In this document: one piece after another, positions 14,801 through 26,955 of the stretch
Position numbering within the stretch: position 1 is the stretch's first letter
How the letters are laid out: each line of letters begins with the position of its first letter
Assembly (NCBI GenBank): GCA_040954595.2
Contig: CM082583.2
Coordinates: 7,314,849-7,378,848, forward strand
Direction of reading: 5' to 3'
From: Balanoglossus misakiensis
Lineage: Eukaryota > Animalia > Hemichordata
Length of the DNA: 64,000 bases
Program-made: the position numbers and the translations under genes
The notes under the pieces: model-generated
The model's database searches: none
What the model saw: the letters and a program-made list of their open reading frames with translations, nothing else
What the model was told of the DNA's origin: nothing

Positions 14801-17800
14801 GCAGAGGTTGCTATGGTTTCTGTCTTTGCACTCACATGATATTATATACGTGTATGTAGTTTTAAGTCAAGTACAGTAGCCAATCAGTGACGACCTTGGG
14901 GGATCGTAACAGCATTACGTAAATTAACGATATCTATTTTTTCATCAATTATTTAATTGTTGATTTCTGTTTTTCTAAGACCACCTAAGCTGTAATTGGA
15001 TTAGATTAGATAAGGTTATATCCTAACCCTAATCTCGGACAAAATAACCTAATATAAGCTTAGGTGCGTAATTTTCACAGTCTTATGAATTGATTCGATG
15101 TAAGGTATATGGAGACAAACTCGAAAGTTTTCTTACGAACCCATACCTATGTAGCTCAGTGGTACTTTGAATTCGGCGCATAGAATTCTGCATGTTTTGC
15201 CAACTTTCCGACACTTATCACATTAGTGCCTCCACCTTTGATTCACACAAATGCTGGTGCGTTGAAAAGGAAATCTATAGGCATAGTACAGACGACAAAT
15301 CGCATGCATGCTTGCGGGCAGGCACCGGACAGGCACATGCCGGGCAGGCAGACACACTCGGACAGATACACACAGACACACAAATTCAACCAAAGACATC
15401 CGACATTGTGACAAGAGTCGTAGTCACAATTCGAATCACGGCCCTTCTGAGCAAATAATAAAGATGTTTCGCCCGAGATTTCTTTTGACATTTTACCGAT
15501 GGAGAAAAATTGAAACCAGGCCACACTTTACTGATTTCCACGTATCCTGTTCCCTCATCCGCTTTTAGTCTCTCTTCGCCAGAATTGCGCGTTTACCGTA
15601 ATACCTGTGTAATATGGGCGGACGGCAGTAGGGTTTCACTTTTGGCAGCAACCGTCAAGGCGATATCCGTTTTGGTTATTGTTATTGGACTTCAGACAGG
15701 AAAACTGTCATGTTTGTGAGGGATGGGTTTTCTGACAGAAGTGGCACGGCGGAAGCAACCGAGTATAATGGAAAGGCGAGAAAGCAGGTATGAAGGGGGT
15801 CATGCAACCGAGAAAATGCAGAATTTGGTTTCGTTCATTTTGCACGCAATGGAACCACGGTCTTGTGGACTTCTTTGGGAAACAACCCGGGACATTTTGA
15901 GGGAACTGCGTGGGCAGACGCAGAAGAAACATTTACCAGATCACAGCGCTGACAGATCGTTGCATGTGCTCTCCACTCTTTAAAAGGGCGAGGAAACTGA
16001 AACTTGGGAAGGGTTAGAGAGAGAAAAAAACATCAAGCGTTTTAAGTACAGTGGAAATTGATACGTTATATTTTAGCGTTGATTGGTAGCAAAGAGTGGA
16101 AGTGAGCGAAACACAAACTTTTACGTGTATAGGGTCTTGCTCTGGGATGCAAACCGGAGGAAGGAGGTATGACTCGCACGCATCCAGAGAGCGAAAAAAA
16201 AGATATTGGAAAGTATATCGAGGCATGCATCAGAGGTGATTGGGACCTATAATGGTGTTCTGTTGACCTAGTCAGCACAGGACACTTCCAGCATCACGGA
16301 AATTGGAAGCTAAGGCAGGTCGTCGGGCCAGGAAGTCTTGGCCCATATCGGCCGGAGCTGTACAGCGTGTAGGAAGTTCAGAACGCATGTCTTTCTGACA
16401 ATAATGGTGCCACGATCGCTTCATTTCCCGTCCTCCGCAACGGTTTCATTGTCTCGCGGAAGACGCCTGATTTGTACCAGGCAAATGATGCATATTTGGT
16501 GGTTAATAATTACTGCGAAGGGACCGATGGCGAGCAAGAGTTTCTTAATAAGATACGTGAATGCAGACATCGAAGATGAATTATTGCAGGTCGAGCCAAT
16601 CAATCAATGCGCTCCTTAACTGACATTCACTGGCACGTCTGTATGACAAACTTCGATGCCAAGGTCCAGGTACAACAAACTGCCCTGACTCACACCCAAC
16701 AAATTATACGTCACTTGTCCTATGACTTGCCCCAAAATCTTCGTCAGAAGATTTACCCATGAACCCCTTCGCCACCCATTTATCCTCTGTTGTTTCACAC
16801 AAAACACGTACAGGTGTTTCCAAATACACGAACTTCGCTAAGTTTTCTTAAGTCTGGGACTTGATAACTTAAGACGCTATTCAACGGACAACTCGGGAAA
16901 TTACGAATGTAGCTTGCATCGAAGACGTGCACGACAGGGTCGCTCTTTTTGTTTACGAAACCTCTGCGCATCTCACCGACACGCAAATACTCAAAAAGTG
17001 ACGTCATTGTAACTGACGGTATGCTGGTCACGGAATGATCTGAACAGAAAGATAGCTCTAATCTGCTCAGGTATCATCCGGGCACCGTAGTCAACGCGAC
17101 GCCAGAAATGATTCCACGAAATTCTCCGCGCCTGACCTCTGACCTCACTGGCGACCCCACGTCACCTCCTGGCTCGAGTATTGAATTTGACAAAATCTCC
17201 GCGTCAAACGAATTCTTTTCATCGTCTTATCTGATTTTCATTACAATGCAGATGCTAGATATCAAGGTGTCCCGAAGTTGTTGACTCCACGGGGGGAAAT
17301 CGAACTTATCTTGAAGATTTCAACAATATCATCGAAATGTACAAAAGAAGTAAAAAAAAATAACGTCGTTCCCTGGTGGTTGATTTGAATGATGCTGTTC
17401 TCAGGAATATCCTCCGAGCGGAAACAACTGTTTATTCATGTAAGTGATTTAATCAAAGCTGTGTGATGTTCTAACATTTGATTTCTTCGAAGGCATACTG
17501 CTTTCAGCTTGGCACATCAGTGGAGTAGGTCACATTGTAACAAAAGTCTTAGAATGCAGTTAAAATATTTCTTCAAACTCTTACCGCAGTGAGTTGTCGA
17601 CCATTTTACCCACAATGCAATTGTTATACTGTGATTTGACCCCCTAGCTCGATGTAAAACCCCATTTGAGGTAGCAGGAATTCACCTGATGTTGTGACTT
17701 CAGAAAGACATTCTTTCAAGTATGGACTGATAAAATTTGTTTGCGAAGCCAATATGCTCAATGATGTAATTAATATCAATTTGTATTAAATTATGTGACC

Positions 17801-20800
17801 ACCTCCTTTTTCTTTTCCACATAAACACGCGCCAAATCCCCGTTCCTGTGTGGACCTAACTTCGAACTGTTTCTGTTTTGTCACGGCCCGTTGCTTTGTT
17901 TTCAGCGGCCGCTGTGATGAAGCGCACGGGCACGTGTTCGCTATTTTGTCGGGAACTCGCGCCTGATTTCTCCAGGGACGCATACACCGTACGTACATAA
18001 ATTCATTTCATCGGCGATAGATCAAATTTCCAATCGAATTTCCCGATAAACCGTAGAGCACGGACAGCATGCGTTTTCCTCCGATATGACGGCAAATTAA
18101 AAGGAAAAAAAAAGTAGATTTTGATTTTCTCTTGAGGAGAATTTTTTAGATTGAGGGAAAAAAAATCAATAACAGATAAGCGGGACAGCGATATTGTACC
18201 GGGAAGTTTGCTTGTTTTCAATCGTCACCGAACAAATTGACGGATTCACAAACTGTGCTAACCCAGTTTACTCAGTACATTGTACAGCAGTTAGGGCGTG
18301 ATTTTATGGCGACAACGTCCAAACCGCTTGGGACTCCCCATATTACTATGTAAACAGAGAGAGGTTATCAATTCTGATTGGGGAAATGTCCACATCTACG
18401 GACGACATAGCCCAATGATAACGGTTGATTTGGTCTGTGCGAAATTCCAAATCCCACTCGTTACCCGAATAACAGTCATTTTCAGAAACAAACTTTTATG
18501 GCACATTAATGTAGAAGCTGTGGAATTATCTTTTTCCACGTGAGGTGTACTTCTCTGCAACCCATCCCTGTCGTAAGTTCCGGTTACGGAAAAGGTTGAC
18601 TCAAATATTCTCGAGTAATTACTGGGCTTGATTCTTTATGTTTTTTTTTGTATATGGGCTCTATAGCCATAGAACATCGCGACAGTTTACTGCAGACCCA
18701 AGATCGACAATTAGTTTTCACTGTGTACCTGTGGGCTGTGTGTACAACTCGATCTCCTGACGATTCATCAATGCATTTCGGAAGTGCCACGACAAGATTA
18801 AATTGCCATAAGCATTCACAAGATATATTGACATATTTGCCGAGAGTTAGAGACCCCCGTGGATTTTTTTTCATTTTGCCAGCGAGAGAAACAATGAGTA
18901 AAGTCGCCATCTTCGGACGTTTAAATGCAAAGTTGGTTATTGGCGTTACGTGTGCAGCGCACCGGTCACTGAACCTTGTTTTATTGTCGGTCCTGAGAAT
19001 GCCATTCTAAAGCTATCCGTGGGATTAGAGGTTCAGAAGATAACCTTTTCATATTTTCAGTATTTTTTCCTGTCCGGTCTTTATTCCCTGTAATACAGCA
19101 GACAAGGTGATAATAGCAAACCTTGAGTCGTCTTCAAACTCTTGGTTTTATACTTAATAAAACCGTAATCTTACTGAATGTCATTCGTTTTTAACAATTT
19201 GATTCAATAAGTCTTGACTATGATCTAATAGCTGGTCATTATTAAATGTTGCCACAAAGAACAAAACACTACAATTTTAAAGTAAAAGTTGGATGCGGTG
19301 TAAACTGTTGCTCATGCGCCTCTATACGACAGATATTATTACTTCATTCACAGTTCACTGGTAGGAAAATCACGGCTCAGTCGAACTTCGTAATGGAAAA
19401 TCTAAGGTGCATATTTTGCCTTTTTTTTCTAAAAACCACGTTTTCATGTCTTTCCGATTCTGTGCATGACCTCACAGGCAAATAAGATTCAAAGAGACTG
19501 TATGACTCATTGACTGTAAGATGCGTGTTTGAACTCATGGTTCGTGGAATTCGACAGAACACAGCGCCCGTGGTAATGTTTCCGTTCTGAACTACCGTCA
19601 TCTTTCTCCGCGTAACAGATCGCTCCGAGTAACTCTCTTTGTGACGTCACATTCTTCGGCTTGGGTAAACTTCAAGGCCGAGCGAAAATCTCTAAAAAGG
19701 GGAGAGAGGTCGGCGCTGAACGCGAGGGGTCAGGGAAGCCCGTTGCCATGGCGACGGATGAAGGGTAGTCACAAGTCAGCGATGCCTTATCTCGACTGAT
19801 AAAAGTGATAACCCAGTTCTGAAGAGAACAGATTTTCTGTTTAGGAAAGCGTGAAAATGCAACGTGCGACTGAATGGACACGCCTTTGTGGCTGAATGCG
19901 AAAGGATATTTCACGAACACACACATGCATAGAGAAACGGAGAGCGTTGACTCGGGCACTTCGATTGTAGGGCGAGCCACGGCGAAAACACAGCGAGAAG
20001 CGCATCTGTGCAGGTGCGAACGATGCCATCAATGGGGTTTAAGAACACGACAGATAAAAACGACGAGTTTGCTTCTTTTCATTCCAGGACTGCCAAATGT
20101 TAAAAGGGCGGCATTAATGTCCGCTAATTTATCACCGTTCTCTTGAAATACCTGCTATTCCCACGCCAGGTTGACGATGGTGTACTGTTTTGAAATTTCC
20201 CGCCATCTCGACTTTGTTGTCTGGGATGCTTATATAATTTATAATACGTACTTCAGTTCTCACATGTTTCAGGTGCCTGCACGTGCACAAGCAGGGAGGA
20301 GAATAAATTGAACAAAAATCAGACAGAGTTTTGCGTACGGTGCCATATTGCATCAAACCTTAACTCTGTCAAAAAATGCTCATAATGCTTCGGAGGGGGG
20401 TTCAAGTTGGTCACACCATTTTTTTCCGCAGATAGTCTGCAGTTTCATCCGTCGACCTTTGAACCTCAGAGCATGGCATCGCAGCTTCTCATATGCGGCG
20501 CCGTTCACATTGTCTCGCATTTTGCCACCAATGGGTTCACTCTGCAGCATGCATAGTGCATTTGATTGGAACAGCTAGGGACGCTGTTGACACACTTCTC
20601 GCTAAAATGACATAAAACTACATTTCTAAGTCAAGTGGCGAACTTCTTTCATCTGAAGATTTCGCTAATCAGTGAAACCGACTTCGGAACACTGCCGAAC
20701 AAGGATTCAACACAGAATAGCAAACAACTCTAATGTAAGCTTATAGACGGTTACTCCCCTATTCGTCAAATCGTTACACTCAAAGCCAATGAAAAAATCA

Positions 20801-23800
20801 CACAAAACATGATTATCCTGCGAAAAAAAATACATTTCAATTCCTTTCGCTTATTTTGTGTAAATATTGTATTTGGAATCCGCACAATCACAGTACTAGC
20901 TACCGATTGGCAATACCCAAAAAGAAATAACACATGACATGCTGACCAATATTTTGGATTTTCCACTTGTTTTCGCAAAAGCGACCAATATTACAAAAAA
21001 TCTTTCCCAAACCCAAGTCTCGATACTCAGTCCAAGTAAGTAGGAGAAAACTTGTAAAACACTGTCGATTGGCATCCGTCTTTTTTTCGAAGCTGGCCGG
21101 CGGATTAGCAATCTGTTTTATCGTCCAAATCATATCGAGGCAAATTATCCACATAATGCACATGTCTAACAATTGAACAAAAGGCGCCGAGCTACTATTG
21201 AAAAGGCGGAATCCCGTTGGTTGCGAAAGGAACCGACCGTCTCTCCTCACAATGTGACAAAACGTTTTCCATTTAAAACTGCCCCTCCCTACCAATTACA
21301 ACTCCTGTCCGCCGAAAACTACGGGGCTATTTCAACATTTTATCTGTGCATTTGTACATCTCGCCGCTTCATCATTTTTGCTCTCTGCCGATATCAAAAC
21401 AATTTGATGCCGGAGATTTCTTTTTCGCAGGCCGGGAGATCGCGTCCGCGATGTTATCTCGCCGTTCAGGGCTATTTGCATAGAGAGCTGAAAAAAGCTA
21501 AGCCTAATTTCACGCAATTTGGCGCCATTCTTTGCTAATTTTGTCAATTTAGTCACGCATGGCAATTATTCGTGCATGAGTTGTTGTGTTTGCCAACATT
21601 TTCCGCGGAGTCTTGTCATTGTAACGTCTCGCTGCCTACATCAAATGTACGTCATTTTGTGTTCCCCGGTTTCGCTGTTTGACTTAAGCCTACAGAAACT
21701 GCAAACGGGGAAAAGCACCCAAAACAAAGACCGAAAAAAAGTACACGCGCCATCTCATTCTCCTCCGACGCGCGCGCCCGCGCTCGCATCCACGGCAGCG
21801 CAGATGCATCATCCGGGATACACGTAGACTTTCTATACATGCACAGCGGCAGGCTGTGTAAACAGATGTCATGGAGATATCTATTTTGCCATCACAAATC
21901 ATAAATGACACCCAAATAGAATAATTGCGCGAAATCTGCAGCACACACTCGCGTCGCCACTCGTGCGTTTGCAAACTAGTCTCTATATAGTTTTTTAATG
22001 TTCTTCTTTGCGTGCTTTTGGGCCGGCGAGACGAAACTACTAGTGTTTTTATCCCATCGATCCAAACGTTTTTTTTTCTTCCCGAGATGGTTTATATCCA
22101 GCCTATTACTCGAAACCACTCCCAGAACATTAAATGCCGACTTAAGCGTCCCAGATAGTCAGGAAACGTTTGGGGGTATTTCCCGAGAATTAATATTCCT
22201 GATGTCGCTACAAAATGTACTGTCGTAAAAGCGGACGAAGATGGTTTTCGGTTTGCAATTTTACAGCCATTTTGACAAATTATGCTGCATTAACGGGATC
22301 GTGTTTAGACGTCAAATCAGCCAGCGACTGATGCCGTGTACATCTCGTGCGGAAGTGAGGGATCACGACGATATGATAAGCAGATTTTTTTAAAGCTTTG
22401 CGACAGGAACAACAACTGAAGCGATTGAGTTTACATACACGGTTTTGAATTCAATACATTCCTTCATACCTTTTAAGACTATGTTGGAAAACACAGTCTG
22501 GCCAAAGATTTATCACGATTAAGAAACGTTAAAAAGATGAAAAATAGACTTTAGATTGTGATCGTAAAAAAGTATACCCCGATGAAATATTACCCAAACG
22601 GATTGACGATGCTGACATTGTAGGGTCTTGTAAGGACTCGGAATAAATAGGCCTATTTGTGATCTTTGTGTGCATTAAATGATGTTCATATGACCGAATC
22701 CCATCAACAGAATGCATCACTGAAAAACAGTGTGTACTTGGAACATGATTCCGGGAACGATATCTAAAATCTGATATCCAAAATGTTACCCGCTCGACGC
22801 GATAAAAGCAAATGCCTTTTGGATCAGCCTTTCGACTCCACAATTCGCGTTACCGTACAGTGCTGAGATGCGCACCGGGTACCCCTCTCCCTCCCTCCAT
22901 CTCTGCGTGCATCAACTTGTTGCGGCGACATTTCAAATATTTCTTCGCATATTCTGACCGTTTTGGACTATTTCAGATCAAAGATCGCGGGTAGAACTCG
23001 GAAAAACACCAATAACAACTACACTAGTTTGAGCAAACTAAAAGTTACACGCTTTTTGGGCAACAAAAAACCAAGGGGGCGATTTCATCCTATATCACCC
23101 AAAATGCGCAAATTGTGGGTCCCTTTCTCATAGTTGGACAAACTGTAACTACCGCACGGCAGATAGCCTCGCCAGTCACTGAACTGTGACCTAATATTTC
23201 AACGTCGGTGGCTGCTCAGTTTTTCACCGACCCAAGTCATCAGAGCCAGCGGTGAGTGGCTACTAAACCCAACGCTTGAACACACACACAATTACGCAGC
23301 TGAGACTTCCCCTTATTAGCATAGAACCCACACCAACGCCACCTGCTACTCCTGCCACCATCAGCGCAAAGGCCAACGGAGAAGAAGGGAAGCAGAATAC
23401 ACATTTTTGAAATAAAAGAAAACATCCAGCAACGCAGCATTTGAAACGCCATCCCGTGGCAGTCGCTTAGTACAAACTGCAATCTAATATAAAATATTAA
23501 AAAAAAAAAACTAAAAGTAATCGGTGATTTTCCCTGAGAGAAAGTACGACTGAAAAAACCGGCGATTACAAAGTCAACCTACCACTTCATGGCGCATGGC
23601 ATCGCGCGTTTTGCACATCGCCACGAAGCGAGTTTGCGAGCGAAAACCCATCATGGCCGGAGGATACTGTTGTTTCCATGACGACAAATGTGTTTGAAAC
23701 CTACTTTTTTACGCCGAACACTTCTCAGAACATCTCCAACAAAGCCCGACACTTTTTTGTCGGATAAACGATTCCCCAGGATTCCGCATGTTTGAAGGAA

Positions 23801-24077
23801 GCTACCCAGACAACTCAGCGGAGGCACTTGTCCAAGCACTGTCGGACACCTGAGCGCTAATAATAATCAAAACTTGGCCCGAAAACTCGAGGAATTTCTA
23901 CTTTTCCTCTTTAAAAAAAATAATTGCCCATATTTGAAACTGATAAGAACAACAATCTAAACGACTTGAAATTCCAATACAAGTTTGTTCTGACCCTTGA
24001 ACTTTTCCTCCAGAAAGGAAATTCGGATTCAGATTCAGAGTAGAAACACGTATCACATCACTTTTTTAAACACAAAA

Positions 24078-24083
24078 TTTATT
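24078..24083 (-). terminator. Candidate distal polyadenylation signal AATAAA
   Basis: Plus-strand tttatt, followed on the minus strand by a GU/U-rich tract (gtgatgtgatacgtgtttct). A second AATAAA lies at 24247-24242. Confidence 0.6.
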
Positions 24084-26133
24084 ATGGTACAGAAATGTCA
24101 GTCGTGGCATCTAAATGTGAAAAGAATTTGACATTTTTAGGCAAACATATAAAAAGAATCTATAATGCAAATGAACAAAATTACACATAGCTAAACTGAA
24201 AACTACTGCTATGTGAGAAACCTTTCCTCTCTATTTTGCTGTTTATTAATAAAACATTTCTCTGTATCTGATTTCGTGGGTCATCATCTCTTGCTTGTCC
24301 ACAAACTGACTACTAATATGCTGTTTGACAGTTGGGGTACAGTGGCAGAAAAGAGGTCTGTACAATTTATACATATACAAATCATTTACAAAAAGTATTT
24401 CAAATTCAGATCCCTGTGTTAAAAAACACAAAAGCTTGTGAGTTTTGAAACTCTACAAATGGTGGTAGATGGGGGCGGAGGGTGACCAGGAGGCGATTAG
24501 CAGGATGTACACTAGATGGAAGGAAGATGGATGGAGGGCATACTGGGGGAAGATGTATTATAACTTATAAGAGTACTGTATTACCTATTCACCAGAGTTT
24601 CAACCCGGCTGACTCTATCTAACCCTTTTGCCAAAACGTGGAACTTCCTCATCGAAGTCCACATACATACTCCAAGATTAATGATCACCCAATCATATCA
24701 CCAGACAAGCCTATGATCACTTAAATGCACAACCTTCAACAAGTTCTTTCTATGATGGAGGATATTTTACACGTGACTGACATAGAATTGGTGGAGACAC
24801 GACCACCTTTTTGACCTCCGACTGACAAGGTAGTCTTGTTGGTTTCAAAGGGAAGTACCTTTCCAGGGCTCTCACTTTGACATTCTTTTCACCTTTGACA
24901 TGACCCCAACACAAAAGTCAAAGGTCATATCAATGTCGCCCAACAATGTTTTACCTGGAGCAATTCTCATTAACAAGACAGGGACACTTACACTGAACAA
25001 CAGCTACAACATCTTAAGGTTGAACAACACCAACAATAACAATTATCTTCTGATCGAGTACTGTTAAGCAATAAATTTGCTTCTATTCGAAAAGGAGAGA
25101 TCTGTGGAATCACATATCCAGTTCTCAATCATTTTTCCCGAAAAATTTGATCTAAAAATTCTGATGATTTGCAAACTACTGCAGAATATAAGTAGGAATT
25201 ATACCAAAAAAATCACTCAAAATTTACATAATTACAAAACTCTTCCAAAAAATATCATCGGTTTTTGGCTATGCCTCTACCGACTGGAACTGTAATTTAG
25301 CAATACACATCAAGCGACTAGAAAATGTCTTTATCATCAAAATGGTATAAACTCACAATGACAATATTCGCAATATTCAAAAGCACTGTTTCACCATGTA
25401 CAAATGTCTTTGTTGACAAAAAGCATACCTCTCAAATCCCAAAAATTTACACCAATTGTTCATTTGTATTTGAAAGTCCAAAAACAGGAAAGTGGTTCTA
25501 AAAACTACATATACAAAGATTTGCTGACAACCAAACCAGGATGTTAAACTGTTCGGCAATTCAGTGAAGAATCAATGAAAGTTTCCCTCTGAAATTGTGG
25601 TGGATGATTTTTAGTAAGGATAATTTTTTATACGAATGCATTATGACCCTACGTGACATCATGTCATATATACACTTCCATCAATTTCTAAGGAAGAATA
25701 ACACCCTTTTTTCTAATTCCCATGTTTTTGCCACAAGGAAAATATTCTCTTCAACTTGAAGAAGACAGTTAAACAATGACACTTGACCTACTCAAGGCTA
25801 GCGGAAAACCTATCAACTCCTTTTTTTTGTAGGGAAGAGTCATCTTGTGGTGGTAGAGACTGAGACAGGATTGGAAGGTAACCCACTTCACATGTAGGAG
25901 ATCCCAACAGGGTTCCCGTACCATAATCAGCCGTAATGACCAGTAATTCTGCTTGATAATGACAGGAAGATTTTGACAAATGAGGCTAACTGAGCCTGAG
26001 ATGAGTTATGTTACATCTGTCCTTGGACACAAATTTAACAACAATTACCCGGCAGGCTCAAAATATGGGCTCCCCCCTGAAAACAAAATTCTAGCACACG
26101 CGTCGAAAAACAAAATTTTGTCATAAGGAGGGA

Positions 26134-26150
26134 GGGGGGGGGGGGGGGGG
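26134..26150. repeat. G17 homopolymer (C17 in the SCAPER 3' UTR)
   Basis: Read directly. Confidence 0.95.
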
Positions 26151-26860
26151 TGAATCCTCCGAGTGACTGTAGGAGTTTTCTGTTCATGTTCAAAATAATA
26201 CCCGTTCTTTTCCAACACTGGGAATTAAAATAAAATCTCAGAGAGTAGAATCACTCAACATTATCGCTAGGTTGTAGGATTCACTGTCTGTTAAGTGATA
26301 AACTCACTCAAGCCATACCACATACCACCACAGACTTGAACTTTTTTCCCCAGTTACAAAACAGTTTTGACTGTCTCTGACTGTTCCTGATTTTATCTTT
26401 TTTACGCATAGTGCCTGCCAAAACCTTAAAGACAGATTCCCTGCAAAACCTCCGATGTTCAACTGATTCTCCTGTGTAAAATATGAATGCCTTGACTTCC
26501 TACAACGACCTAAATGGCTGCTGAAAATGGCCTCCTTGCAAAATGACCAGAACGAAGACCATCTGCCGGTCTCTGATATGCAAATAAATATGTGTACAAA
26601 TTTACAGTCAAAATGGCCCATCATCTGCAGACGTTAATCGGGGCGGTTCGACCCAGTAGTTAAATATAAAAAAAAGTGTTGAATAAATAATGCTACGGAA
26701 AGAAGGATAATGGCATTTGGGTGCCAACGCTGAACTTGAACTTCTGAGTCATTTTGCATAGATAGATAACAATCGACATGTGGCACACAGCATTAATAAA
26801 TAGATAGGGAGAAAAGCACTCAGGTACTGGCTTGGCTGATCTTTCGCCGTTTTTTTTTAT

Positions 26861-26955
26861 TCATTTGTCTTCGAAGAATTTCTTGGCGTCATCCCACAAT
26901 GCACCTGGAAACCTTGACTCCAGCGACATCCTTCCTGATGCTTCTTTGTCTTTCT
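26861..26955 (-). CDS. SCAPER: SCAPER last coding exon M (95 nt to the stop): (E)KDKEASGRMSLESRFPGALWDDAKKFFEDK*
   Basis: Acceptor tttctgtctttgcag|AG and TGA at 26863-26861. L.SRFP...W..A..FF is the conserved SCAPER C-terminal motif. Not in the ORF track. Confidence 0.92.

Larger units (their letters stand above)
24060..26860 (-). other. SCAPER: Probable SCAPER 3' UTR (~2.8 kb)
   Basis: Runs from the stop codon to the AATAAA at 24083-24078. It is U-rich on the minus strand and CpG-poor. The exact end is inferred. Confidence 0.6.

Noticed and set aside
15151-15164. tRNA A-box-like GTAGCTCAGTGGTA
   Set aside because: There is no downstream T-arm/B-box and no cloverleaf pairing.
1-24000. Islet coding exons or known conserved miRNA hairpins
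   Set aside because: I found no LIM or homeodomain peptide (e.g. RVWFQNKRCKDKK) and recognised no conserved mature miRNA by eye. A tblastn or Rfam search would be needed to exclude them fully.
26645-26654. GGTTCGACCC B-box-like word in the 3' UTR
   Set aside because: It is an isolated motif with no tRNA structure.
26953-26955. Direct splicing of exon K to the last exon through a GAG acceptor 2 nt downstream
   Set aside because: GAG acceptors are rare, and exon L resolves the phase with canonical sites.
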